NCBI GenBank assembly: GCA_030704615.1
Contig: CM060734.1
Coordinates: 4,092,001 to 4,156,000, forward strand
Reading direction: 5' to 3'
Origin: Takakia lepidozioides
Taxonomy: Eukaryota; Plantae; Bryophyta
DNA length: 64,000 nucleotides
Of the stretch, positions 12,782-24,460 are shown piece by piece. The notes under the pieces were generated by a model, which ran no database searches, was not told the origin of the DNA, and saw only the letters and a list, made by a program, of their open reading frames with translations. The translations under genes and the position numbers were made by a program. Position 1 is the stretch's first letter, and every line of letters begins with the position of its first letter.

Positions 12782-13479
12782 ACCATGAGGACACGACTTA
12801 TGGTACTGGGAGGACATCATTGGGGCCAATCAAATTTGGGAGATTTACTGCCCAAGATCATACTGACTTTTGGGTAATCTTGTCTTTACAAATCATATGT
12901 GCTTCCAGTTTGTTATCTTGAATTCAAGGATTTGCTGCTTGTTGCCTATATGTATGTGTAATCACCCACATTGTACTGGGGGAATTTCTTTTTAGGGCAA
13001 GCACAAGCGCTCTGGATCCACGATCCATGCTGCTAGCAATGGAGATGGCGCCCACAAGAACGCAGGAGGTGGCCCTAACTCTCCCATCGTTTTGGGTTCT
13101 GTGCCACCGGTACCCCCACCTTATTGTGGTATGCCTCAGTACCCACAATCTGGCACTCAATATGGTCAGGGTCAATATGGTAGTGCTCCTCCATATGGGC
13201 AGCATGGCTAGTATCCCCCTCCACCATATTTTCCACCCCCTAGTAGCTATGGAGGTGGCACGCCACCGGAATATCCTCCTGCTTATGGACAGTATGGCCA
13301 GTATGGTTTGGCCTTCTGGCCAACAGCCATGGCCACCAGTCCCTACTTGGCAGGATCCTGCTGCGAATTCTCCTGTGCGCACGGAGGTCTCTGAAGGAGG
13401 GGAGGGTGCCGTTTCAAATAATGATAGAACCAATGCTTTAAGGAAAGGCTAATAGCTTAGCCAAAATTGAAGCTCCAAG

Positions 13480-13953
13480 GTGAAGGAAGAGATAATAGCT
13501 GCAGGTCTTCCTCCCACGGTGATTGTGACGAACCTCAAAGGAGCCCCGTATGGTCAGACCCGGAATGTATGGCACGCTGCCCTTAAAGGACAGGCTTATC
13601 GCAAGCTAGATTGTTCCCTTGCCATCAACAACCAACCTGATGAATTTGTATACGAAATCAAAGATCACCTGGCTAAGCTATTTTCATATACGCCACACAA
13701 GTTGAAAGACTTCCACCTAAAACAAACAATTGGCAGAATAATAAAGAGCCAGCGTCATGAAGCACACACTGCGTGGTTGGGTGGTAAGGGGAAACCCATT
13801 ACTGTATCTGATGAGGTATGAAACAAGCTTGTAAGTTACTGGGAGACAGAGGTATTCCACAAAGTGTCGGGCAACATGAAGAAGGCAAATGGTGCAATTC
13901 AGAATCCTACCAAGACTGGCTGTGATGAGAAGGCAATGGTGGAGGCACGCTTG
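13480..13953 (+). pseudogene. Ptta/En-Spm (Transposase_24/TnpA)-like exon
   Basis: ..AWLGGKGKPITVSDEV*NKLVSYWETEVFHKVSGNMKKANGAIQNPTKTG.. resembles the W..LV.YW....S..N...R..H..G pattern; in-frame TGA at 13819; donor GT at 13954. Confidence 0.5.
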
Positions 13954-14869
13954 GTAAGTGGCATCATCACGACTCTGTATTTTGTTCCTCATTGAATTGC
14001 TATGTGTATATAGTCAGCCCTCACATTGCTTACTGACTTGTGGCATGGGTTTGTTTGTGGCATGGGTTAATTAATTTGCAGGAAACACTATCAGGGTGCC
14101 CTCCTACATTATATGAAATTCAAGAGGGTTCAGTGTCGCGGTTGTCAGCTGGGAACGACAGGCGGGTAAGTGTGTTTTCCACGTTTGCTAGAGTGGTTGC
14201 TTCATCATAGGTTGCTAGGGTTTTTTTCAAGGTTTTTGGCCTGGGTTTTCTTTCCAGTCGTTGTTCATGCTAGGTTTTTTTATGTTTGATTCATACTTGG
14301 GCAAGTTTTCATGGATTGGCAGGAGGGAAGTCTCGCATATTCTACAGTAGTTAGCAGGAGGGATGGCTTGGACAAATTGGTGGAATCACAAGGACGTGAC
14401 ATGGCAGACTTAAAATTACAGATGCAGAGCATGATTGAGTACCAGAAAGCCATTGTGGCCAGATTGGGGATTAATCTACCTGGCCCAGGACCAGTGACAT
14501 CTACGATGGATGTGTCTGCTGTGATAGTATCAAAATGTTTGGAATCCCAATTTCAGACGGTAACTGGTGCTCACTCTAAGCCCTTATCTCTTCCTGTCAC
14601 TGATGATCGTTTGAATTTGACCGAGCAGCAGCAGGATACAGGGAAGGCGCGCTGTGAGGTACACGTGGAAATTCAGCCCTTGCCACGTACAAAGGCAGTA
14701 GCAGTCCAGGGGGCAATGGTGACAGAGCCGCCTGACACACCGGATTCTGGTATGCAAGTATGTGGGAGTTTAAATGGGGAGGAAGATGCAGACGGGGACA
14801 AAACAAACAAACAAGTTGCTTTAATTTCTCCCGCTCACATGCTGAAGCCAAATGACAGTTTACTTCCTG

Positions 14870-15493
14870 GACCAGCGAGGAAGCATTTGCTAATTCTGGA
14901 CTTAAATGGTCTGTTATGTGAATCTTTGAACATTCTGCTAATGGGCCTGCATCCCTTCCCAAAGGTTTTGTGGGGAAGATGTGTGGCAAGAAGATGGTAG
15001 TTTTGAGACCACGCTGTTATGAATTTTTGCAAAAGTGTTTTGAACACTTTGAGGTGGCGGTGTGGTCTTGTTGCCAAGCTCGCAACTTCTTCCCAATGGT
15101 GGACTATATTTTTCCAGCCCACACTAAGCTTGTTTTCCAGTGGGATGCGAGGATCCAGTCCTCCCATCTCGTAAGGGGTCTGATTCAAAGCGATTATATT
15201 TCAAGAACTTGTCTAAAGTGTGGGCAGACTGGCCAGAATGGACTTATGATGACACTGTTCTTATTGACGACACTCCAAGAAAGGCGGCAAATAATCCTCC
15301 CTTCAGTGGGATTTTCCCAGAGCCATGGAAAGTGCAACCAGATTCACCAACTAATGAGTATCTAACAGATGTGTTGTGGCCTTTCTTGTGGAAGGCATCG
15401 AAAGCTGCCAGTATTCCCAAGTTTTTGGAGTCTCAGCCTGTTTTCGAACAACAACCATACAACACTGCTACTGTGAAGGTACAAATATTCTGA
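14870..15493 (+). pseudogene. FCP1/SCP (NIF) HAD-family CTD-phosphatase-like domain, frameshifted
   Basis: KHLLILDLNGLL..VVLRPRCYEFLQKCFEHFEVAVWS..YFKNLSKVW..DTVLIDDTPRKAANNP across ORFs 14311, 14970 and 15140. Confidence 0.8.
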
Positions 15494-16050
15494 TAGTGCT
15501 CCAGAGGCTAAAAGGTTTGTGGGTTCATTCATTGCATTGCTTTCCTAGATGCTTCTCCTCAGTTGCTTGATTAATGCTAGGTTTTCTTTGCAGGTTTTTA
15601 TGTTGGCTTTTTTTGTTTGATTCATACTTGGATTTTGTTTTCTGTTCACTGTTCCTGTTTGCTCATTGCTTTCCTGGTTGTTCTCTGGTCTGTGACACAT
15701 GAACTTGTGACAAACAAAGGTGATATTGTCGACAAGCCGGTACAGACCAGGGGCAAGAGTGTCAACCCCCCGAGTAGCCCCCCAAAAGAGGTCTCACAAC
15801 CACTCGAGACTGCAAATGGAGTAAGTCCAGGCCCTTGTCTTGTGTGTTTTATTTTTTCCAACCTGGGGCTCTCTTTAATTCGTAAATGTTGAGTGTCCTA
15901 GTCGTGTGCAGGTCATGGGTTTTCACATCTTGTTCTATTTTGTGTGGAGTTGGGATCACAGTTCAGGGTGGGTGACGAGGTTCGGCTGTTGGATGTGAAC
16001 TCCAAACGCAAGAAAGTTGGAGTAGGGCTGATTGTTGCTCTTCAAGGTGC

Positions 16051-17619
16051 GATTTGATGACTTACCGCCTAAGTACACAGGTACACTTGCCTCAGATCAA
16101 TGAGTCTCCATGAATGCCTTGATCGGGTGCTCGAAATCAGTTAACTTGCAGCCATTTCAGACAGTCCTTCCCGGCCCTATAGATGACCATAATGTGTAGA
16201 TTGTACAAGTAAGTTGGAGCTTCTAGCATATTGCTTTGAGGCCTGGTGTTTTCAGGTCGTAGGGTTTTGGGAGCCAACAGTCTGTCCCTATGTGGCATTG
16301 CTCTAAAGGAAATCCCGTCCACAAACTGAGGCGATTGTATGGGTTTCATCGGTGGCACAGGTGAGGCCCTTGATATGGGTCGAGGCGCAAGTTGAGCGAC
16401 ACTCCAGAAGTCGTGTAGAGTATATGGTCAAAGCGCGCAGTCAGTTCAAGGAGCGCAGGTACTTTTGACTTTTTTGATACTCCCCTTATTTCCAGTTCAA
16501 GGTTGCTGGGATGAAGTACTTTCTTTGAGCATTTTACCTGACAATGGTTGGGAAGTACCAGCCATCAAGTTATTACATCTTTGAGCTTTTGTCACCCAGG
16601 GAGCAAGCACGTCGTTTTGTATTTACTGCGAAACTGGTCGTGAGTGCCTGTTGAGTTTGTAAAATTGCCTTGTTGTGGGTGTAATAGTACGGCTACCAAC
16701 GTGGAGATTGACTTGCCAGTATCGTCAGATGCCACAACCCCAGTAATTCGCACATCCATGGGCACTGCAGTTGATGCTCCTGAAAAGGATGCACTATATG
16801 GAAAAGAAAGATGTTTGCCGGTGGAAAAGTACATCCTCTCTCTGGCCCTTGATTCCCTTAGTGTACCTTGGAAGTGTCCCCAGATGTATGCATAGTTCCA
16901 TAACTACCTTAGTGGTTTACATTCATAAAAGTTGGTCTGAGCTGCTTATTATCGACGAGTGTTTGGAAGCTTTTGAGAGACTCGTTCTTTCTTCATCAAG
17001 AGTATTTCATTGAATCATGGTAGTCTGTCTTTATGCGGAAAATAAATTCAGATGGTCAATGACAGAGCTGTAAGTTGATTTTCATCCCTGAAAGATGTCT
17101 CCTTGTGCACATTCAGAATATTAGTCTTGTTTGTCAGTTCTGGCTTGAAGTGTCAACCCATCAGAACTAGCAACTACAGGGTTCGAACAGTATGGAGGGT
17201 GCCGGATGTGATCTGATTTTGTTTCTATGGGGGCTTCACAGGAGTATATGTTGAGAGCAAAGTTTGCTCTGCCAAGCATTGAAGCCGAAGAGACTGCAGT
17301 CGGGAAGCGGCCACCTATCCGTGTCAAATTTGAAATCCCTTATTTCACCATTTCTGGCATTCAGTTGTACATTCTGATTGACCGCTTGCTATTGTAATTC
17401 AGTTGGTTTCTTTTGCGTTTCCTGTTTCCTCCTCTCAAAGGGATCCAAGCTTTTAGTTTCTATGCAATTTGCGGCTCAATGTGCTTTTGTTCCCATTGAC
17501 TCGGTCTTATGCAGGTTCGGTACCTCAAGATTATTGAGAGGAGTGGGTATCAGGCATTGCCTTGGGTGCGTTATATCACCACTGCTGGTGAGTACGAGCT
17601 GAGGATGATCTCTGTGTAA
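16051..17619 (+). pseudogene. AP1M: 3' half of AP-1 adaptor complex mu subunit gene (five exons, introns retained)
   Basis: Exons 16051-16080 DLMTYRLSTQ; 16361-16458 VRPLIWVEAQVERHSRSRVEYMVKARSQFKER; 16688-16828 STATNVEIDLPV..APEKDAL (frameshift); 17242-17364 EYMLRAKFALPS..PIRVKFEIPYFTISGIQ (donor GT>TT); 17515-17619 VRYLKIIERSGYQALPWVRYITTAGEYELR. Confidence 0.9.
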
Positions 17620-17750
17620 CTGCCATTGATATTATAAAGCTAGATAGATTCCAGGTGTTGTTGGGTTCTACTCTCATCAGTGAAGACAGCCGTCAACTGA
17701 CCCCTTGATGGTATCAAAGGGCTGGAGAGTGCTCTGGAAACGACCTTCCT

Positions 17751-18455
17751 TCACCTTAGCGCCCGAAATTCGCAAAGTGGGCTTCCTTGGAGCAATGATT
17801 GGCCCTTCATGTGGGAGATTTGGAATTTCAAGTATTTTTTTGTAACATGGAATTCATGTTTCCACCCTATGTGAACCTTTATTCCATTTAATTTGATTAA
17901 AATGGCCTCTGTCCCCTTTCTCTTTAAAAAAAAAATCATGAAAAGAAATAAATTGATATTTTGTGGAATATGGAATTTGAAGTACTTTTGGTCGCTGGAA
18001 ATTCATGGAAAATAGCAAAGTGGGCTTTCCCGGAGCAATGATTGGTCCTTCATTTGTCTTTTGTGCACGTGGACGTAAATTGGGCTTTTTTTAATATTAG
18101 TGTTCACAATATTGTTTGTAGGGTCGTTGAGATCTCTCAAACCGCGGGGCCTCTGGCCACGATTTTAGTATTGTTGCAAAGCCCTTAATGAGTAGGAGTG
18201 CACCGACTTGGTTTCACAAGGTTTGGACCTACAGGCCGAGACTTATGGAATTATAAATAATTTTGGTCGCTGAAAAATTCAATTAAATTACACAATCAAG
18301 TGTTGGAAGGACACCGGAGGTTTCACTTGGGCTTAGCTTAGATAGAGCCCATGATTTTGGTACCGTTGGAAAGCCCTCGATGAGTAGGGATGCACCGACT
18401 TGGTTTCACAAAATTTGGATCTATGGGCCGGGAATTATAGAAATATGAACAATTT
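17751..18455 (+). repeat. Fragment of repeat family homologous to the interior of the TIR element at 51441-52521
   Basis: Shares GAGATCTC.CAAACCGC.GGGCCTCT.GCCACGATTTT and GGTACCGTTGGAAAGCCCTC.ATGAGTAGGGATGCACCGACTTGG with 52125-52230. Confidence 0.7.
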
Positions 18456-21400
18456 TGTGCTATGGATGGTGTCGACACTGTCTCCGCCAATGTGAATGAT
18501 TGAGGTAGCCTAGCTTGACGGCTTGCCTCCCCACGCTGTGGATCCAACTCCACCTCTGCACCTCGTGGCTCAGGAACTCGTGCTGCTCCTCGAGTCACAG
18601 CTGCAGCAGACTTCACCTGCACTAGTGGTAGTGTTGCCCCGCACATGAATCCCATGTCTCTCATATCTCCTCCCTCTGGAGCAGGAGGTGGACTCTCAGG
18701 CCTTGGAGCTGGTACCACCTGAGCTGTGGCCATGACAGCAAGCCTCTGCTCCAGCTGCTGCAGCCGGTTGGCCATGCCTTGGTCAACATCCTGACCTCCA
18801 CGTCCTTGGCCATGCTGAGCTTGCCTTTGGCCTGCACCTCGTCCCTGACCACCTCGTCCTCTCTGAGCTGCTCCACCTCGCTCCCGGCTACCATTGTTCC
18901 GTTGGAACTGGCCTGGCCGCAGCTCAGGGTGCAAGTCATAACATTGGGTCTCTCCATGCCCATACTTGCCACAATGCCCACAGTGCAACTGTGTTGGTTG
19001 TGCCTGTGCTGGCCCTTTGCCTCTCTCGGCAATCCTTCTTGACATGAGGTCCTCCACATGTCCAACACACTACACACGCCTATTGCTGGCCTGCAAATGA
19101 AGGGAGAGATCCCTGTATTTGAGATCCTCTCTGTCATTTCCTAGGCTTTGCCTGAGCCCCTTTGTTGCCTTGAGCACGTTGGGGTAGTGGTTGGCTAGGA
19201 GCACCACTACCCCGTGGTGTCTCCTTAGCAAATCCCACCATAACCACTCGTTCCTCCACCATATTTGCTCTATCCGTTCTATCAGCAAAAACACATTTGT
19301 TAAGGTGGGTTGGGCCGCTTGTAGGAGAGTTGCATCATGCACCCTTCTCCTCAGCTCCTTGTCCAATATCCCATACCATGATTGGACTGCCTGAGCTTCC
19401 GTAACCTCTTGGGTTACATTTATCAAGCGTCTCATGCGAGTGAAAGCCTCCCTCAAGCTCTCATTAGGCTTCTATTGGAACTCTTGCAAGCTCCGCAACT
19501 TCTCTGTCCTCACCCCTTGGTAGTTCCCTCTCAACTCTTCGAAGAACTCCGATAACCAGTATGTAGCCCAGTGGTAATGGGCACATACCACGTTGGATGT
19601 GGTTGTGGGTTCAAACCACGGTCTGGTGTGTCATGAAGGTGTCCACCTTTCAGCTGGAAGCTAGTAGCCCTTGGGGTGAAGAGACACCATAAGTTACGCT
19701 CCCTTCGGGAGGCGTCATTTTTTTTGTTTTTTTTTGTTTTTTTGTTTTTTCGAAGAACTCCACAACAGGGTTGAAGGCAGGCACGGGTACTGGTGCTGGT
19801 GCGGCAGTGGCTTGGGTGGACGTCGTAGCTATGGTACCACTAGTCCCACTGCTGCTTGTTGAAGCTGCCGGTGTAGCTACCGGTGTGGCTACTGCCCTTG
19901 TGCCTCTAGTGATGGAGACATAGTCGGGTGACCAATACATCCTCCACTCCTCGATCTCAAGCTCATGCCCCCGCCTAAACTCATGGTAATCATCCATGGG
20001 CGGCCCCTCAAGGTGCTGAAACAGCCCCTTCCATGCCATGAAAGGCGTAAACAGTTGTGGATTGCGCATTTGCTGCAAGTCACACCAACTATCAAACTCT
20101 TGGATAAAATCGTCCAGCTCAATGGTGCCCATTGCTCTTGAGTACCTACGTGGCCCCTTGGTAGCTCCATACATCTCCTCCATTGTATCCCACAACAATG
20201 GCAAGGAAGTAACTTGCACCGTCGGCGTGAACCCTCCTGATTCAGAGTTTGAATCAGAACCTTCATTGGAAGGCCAGTTCGAGCACTAGTGATACTAGTG
20301 GGTACACGAGACGAGGTGTGCGGTTTAGGCCACCTTCACCTCCTGTAACTAGTGGCACCTCCATGTTGAGAAATTGACACTCAACCGGTCATGAACATGT
20401 CTCTAACCCCCTTTCCACAAGGTAACCGGGTAGAGATCCTGTTGCGGCTTATGGTTTGAAATACTAGGTTCCTAACATAGTCTGCACCTGCACCTGCACC
20501 TGCATTCACCGCAAGCACTCCTATGGTTGGTTGTTCATTACCTCCAACCTCACCACAGGAGAAACAATGATGGTTTGACTAGTCATCACCCCAGCCTCAC
20601 CATCGACAGCACGCTCTAGGACTGGCCGGTGATCAAATCCGGATCAATCACCTATAAAAGCAAGCGCCCACACAAAACTAACATGACGCACAGTCAAGCA
20701 TGCAAGTGTGGAGGGGATCCAAACACAAGAAATGAAAACAACAACTCCCCCACACCAAAAATCTCTCCACCGTGTCGCTCCTGCAAGGACACCCTAGCCC
20801 AAACCAAGACTGACTCTTGCCTCCACCTACGGAAAGGTCTCGGCCTATGGAGAGGATGGGAAACTACGAGGAAGAGAAGCTAAAGCAATGCCTATCCCCA
20901 GCATGCTCTCATCCCAGTACTCTCCTTCTCCTCTCTTCCCTCACTTGCATGACCATGGGGAGTATCCCATAGATACTCCTCAAACCGCCCTCCACGAGCT
21001 TCGAAATTTGGCCTTCAAGGCCACATGCCAGTCCTCAGGCAGTCCACCACTGCCTCATTGTGTCCTTCAACCATTCCTAAGAATGGAACCACCTCAGGAA
21101 ACCACGCCATCCACTGAAGATTCAAACAAACCTCCACAGGCCAGCACAGGCCGTCCACAGGTCCGCACATGCCACACACAGGTCAACACAGGCCGGCATA
21201 GTCCCACACAGGTCCAGGGTCACAGCCCATCACAGCCCCACACAGGTCACAAGGTCACAGCCCGTCACAGAGTCACAGCCCCACACGGGTCACAGGGTCA
21301 CAGCCCCCTTCATGGCCGCTCATGGCAGTTTAGCCATTTCTCCAAGGGGCCTAGCCACACCAGGCTAGGGTTTGTATCTCCTTGAACTCTATGCTTCCTT

Positions 21401-22873
21401 GCACCGAGCTATGGTGGCTGTAAAGAAATCGACAATGTATTCTTGCTCTCTTCGGCTCTCACACACCACCAATAGTAGCTCTAAGTCATGAGGAAGATGC
21501 TTGCCACAAACCAAGCCCTCTTTCTCACTTAAACTCCCCGAACACGCCACTCAAGACCGTGACAACCAACCACGCCTTGCTGGTTTCCAGCCCTTATAAG
21601 CACTAATTCATGCGCTCTCCTTGGCCATAACATGTATCTTAGAGCCTATTCCAGCCCCCTACACCTACCACTTCAAGACCCATGCTTTATCTAGGCTTGA
21701 AGTTGAAACCCCAACTCAAAACATGCTCTACAAGTGCCGGACTGTCACATAAGAGCAAATCAGCCCCTTACCTTCCCTTCTAGCTCTCCAAAGCTTAAAG
21801 ATAGAAGCTTCAATGGGCTGAATGCATGCTCCACACATGCATCCCCTTCACACAAGAGGTAATATCAGCCCCCTATCTTGGCTGAATGCATGCTCCGCAC
21901 ATGCATCCCTTCACACAAGAGGTAATATCAGCCCCCTATCTTGGCTCCTTGGCTCATTGATGCTCTCTAAAACAAGACTAAGCACTCCACAGCCTTTGCA
22001 AGCTCTTGAAACCCAAGGTTTACATTTCCAGCCACAAGACACTCCTCTTGTGATGCAAGAGCTCTTCTTCCAAGCTCTGAAACCCTAGGTGCACATTCCA
22101 TGGCCTTGCCGCACCTCTTAGCTCCTATTCCAGCCCTACTCTTGCCATGGTACGAGCCTTCTCAATGCTGAAGCTCGAGATTGAAACCCAATCTCAACAA
22201 ACTCCACAAAGTGCACTGATTTGCCCAAAGCCAAATCAGCCCTCTCGCTTGGTCTTTTAATCCTTCGCATTCCCAAGGCCAGTTCTCAGCTTTGCCACTA
22301 GAGCCACTATAACCTGCTCTAGACTGATCCTCTTCCCAATCGTGCTTGTTCGTGCATGTACACAATCTGAAGTTCCATCAAGGTGCTCTAGAATTACCTG
22401 CAGCACGGTGATTTCATCTCTGAACTGAAGATCAAATGCCAAGGTCCACCTTATTCGTAACCAGCATTGCCTCCGCTTCTAACAACCAAGAGCTCCACGG
22501 TGCTCCTTGCATAACAACCTGGTTTCTCTCGTTTTCCAGCAAAAGCCACAAGTGCTACAACTAACTCGTGTCTGGCACTCACAGATACGAGCTTATCTTT
22601 CTCGAGTGATAAATAAGAAGAATACAAGCTCTCTCGAGCTCACAAACTTTGCACATGAGATCATCACTCATATAAAGTCAAGCCAAGTACACCCCATGCT
22701 ATGGGGAATCCATACTACGGCGCCATAGCTAGGCGCGGTGAGGCTCAACTCGAGAAAGATGAGCCTCCCTGCGCTTGCCGTAAAGATAACCACTTCAGGG
22801 CCCAAATCTGCCTTGACCCCTGGATTGACACTTGGGCCAATCCCAAATGTCAATATGTAAAAGCTAGCTATTT
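18456..22873 (-). mobile_element. Truncated relative of the DNMT-Gypsy element (5' repeat, leader, gag; broken before protease)
   Basis: gag MEEMYGATKGPRRYS..FDSWCDLQQMRNPQ and CGHCGKYGH knuckle match 39700-41215; 22607-22873 is homologous to repeat B. Confidence 0.85.
19551..19748 (+). mobile_element. tRNA-derived SINE with T-rich tail
   Basis: A box TAGCCCAGTGG, B box GGTTCAAACC, (T)nG tail; 13-bp TSD TTCGAAGAACTCC at 19538-19550 and 19749-19761; interrupts gag. Confidence 0.85.
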
Positions 22874-22959
22874 GCACCTTCTTCTTCAACCTATTTCAGC
22901 CTGTTTTGCGCTCTCATCAGACTCGGCCCTGAGATGCATACTGAATTGTTAAGGACAAT

Positions 22960-24460
22960 GTGGTGAGGGCACCTTGATGTGGTGAGCAAATGATGCGCAA
23001 AGGGGTGAAGCCCAACCACATCACGTTCATTTGTGTTTGCAATGCATGTGCAAGCCTAGGGAAAGAGGTCCATGACGACATCGTCAAAGCTGGGATTGTA
23101 CCGGATGTCATTGTGAACACTACCCTGGTGGACATGTATGCCAAATGTGGGTGCATTAAGGATACGAAGGGAGTTTTCAACACTATGGCTGAACGAGATG
23201 TGGTGTCATGGAACACAATGCTTGCAGGGTATCCACAACATGAACGTGTTATGGAGGCTTTGGAGACCTATGATCAAATGATGAGGGAAGGGGTGAAGCC
23301 CGACCACATCACGTTTCTGTGCATTTGCAATGCGTGTGCAAGCCTGGCAGCTTTGGAAAAGGACGCAGAGGTCCATGGCGACATGGTTAGAGTTGTAGTT
23401 GTACCAAATGTCATTCTGAACAATACCCTCGTGGACATGTATGAAAGGAGTGTTCGACAGTATGGCTGAACGAGATGCGGTGTCAGTGCAAAGAGGTCCA
23501 TGGTGACATTATCAAATCTGGAATTGTACCCGATGTCATTCTGAACACTGCCCTGGTGGACATGTATGTCAAATGTGGGTGCATCAAGGATGCAGATGGA
23601 GTGTTTGACAGTATGGCTGAACGTTATGTGGTGTCGTGGAGTGTGATGATTGCAAGATATGCACAGCAAGGGTGCGGGATGGAGGCTTTGGAGACCTATG
23701 AGCAAATGATGTGCGAAGGGGGTGAAAAACCCTAAACTTTGTGGAATACACTTTACATGCATTGAGAAGATTAAAGAAAGTAATTTCCACGCGAGGGGGA
23801 ATGGTGCTTATACCTTATAGGGTAATTTTTTCCCTTGGACATCATCCCGATATCAGTCTTTCTTGCACTTTGGGCACTTGGTGAGACGCGAATCCTCTCC
23901 GTAGTATAGGGTTTTATCAATGGACATGCATGAAAAATCTTATAGCCCATCCCCACAGAGTTCAAGACTTCGCGCGCCTCTTTCCGCAACCGTGGCATCT
24001 TGGGTTTCAAGTATGGAGCAAGGATATAGTCCGCAATAGTTCGCATTATGGCAGACATCCCAACATTACTTATGCCAAATCGAATTTGAAGATTGAGCAA
24101 AAGTAAGATGTCACATCACATTTGTCTGTGTTTCAATGCGTGTGCGAGCCTAGGAGCTATGGAAAAGGGGAAAGAGGTCCATGGTGACATTGTCAAAGCT
24201 GGAATTGTACCAGATCTCATCCTGAACACTGCCCTGGTGGACATGTATGCCAAATGTGGGTGCATTAAGGATGCGAAGGGAGTTTATTGCAACACTATGG
24301 CTGAACAAGATGTGGTGTCGTGGAACGCGATGCTTGTAGGGGTATATACAGCAGGGCCGTGGGATGGAGGCTTTGGAGACCTCTCGGAGGCCTATGAGCA
24401 AATGATGGGGGAAGGAGTGAAGCCCAACCACATCACGTTTGTGTGCATTTGCAGTGCGTG
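22960..24460 (+). pseudogene. Degenerate PLS-class PPR repeats
   Basis: Repeated DVVSWNTMLAGY / PNHITF.C.CNAC / [15 protein letters not shown] motifs with frameshifts; interrupted by 23735-24105. Confidence 0.9.
23771..24100 (-). pseudogene. CACTA (TnpD) transposase N-terminal fragment
   Basis: MPRLRKEAREVLNSVGMGYKIFHACP then frameshifted KCPKC, typical of the En/Spm transposase HACP..CP.C region. Confidence 0.7.

Noticed and set aside
19551-19630. Functional tRNA gene
   Set aside because: No convincing cloverleaf; tail and TSD indicate a SINE
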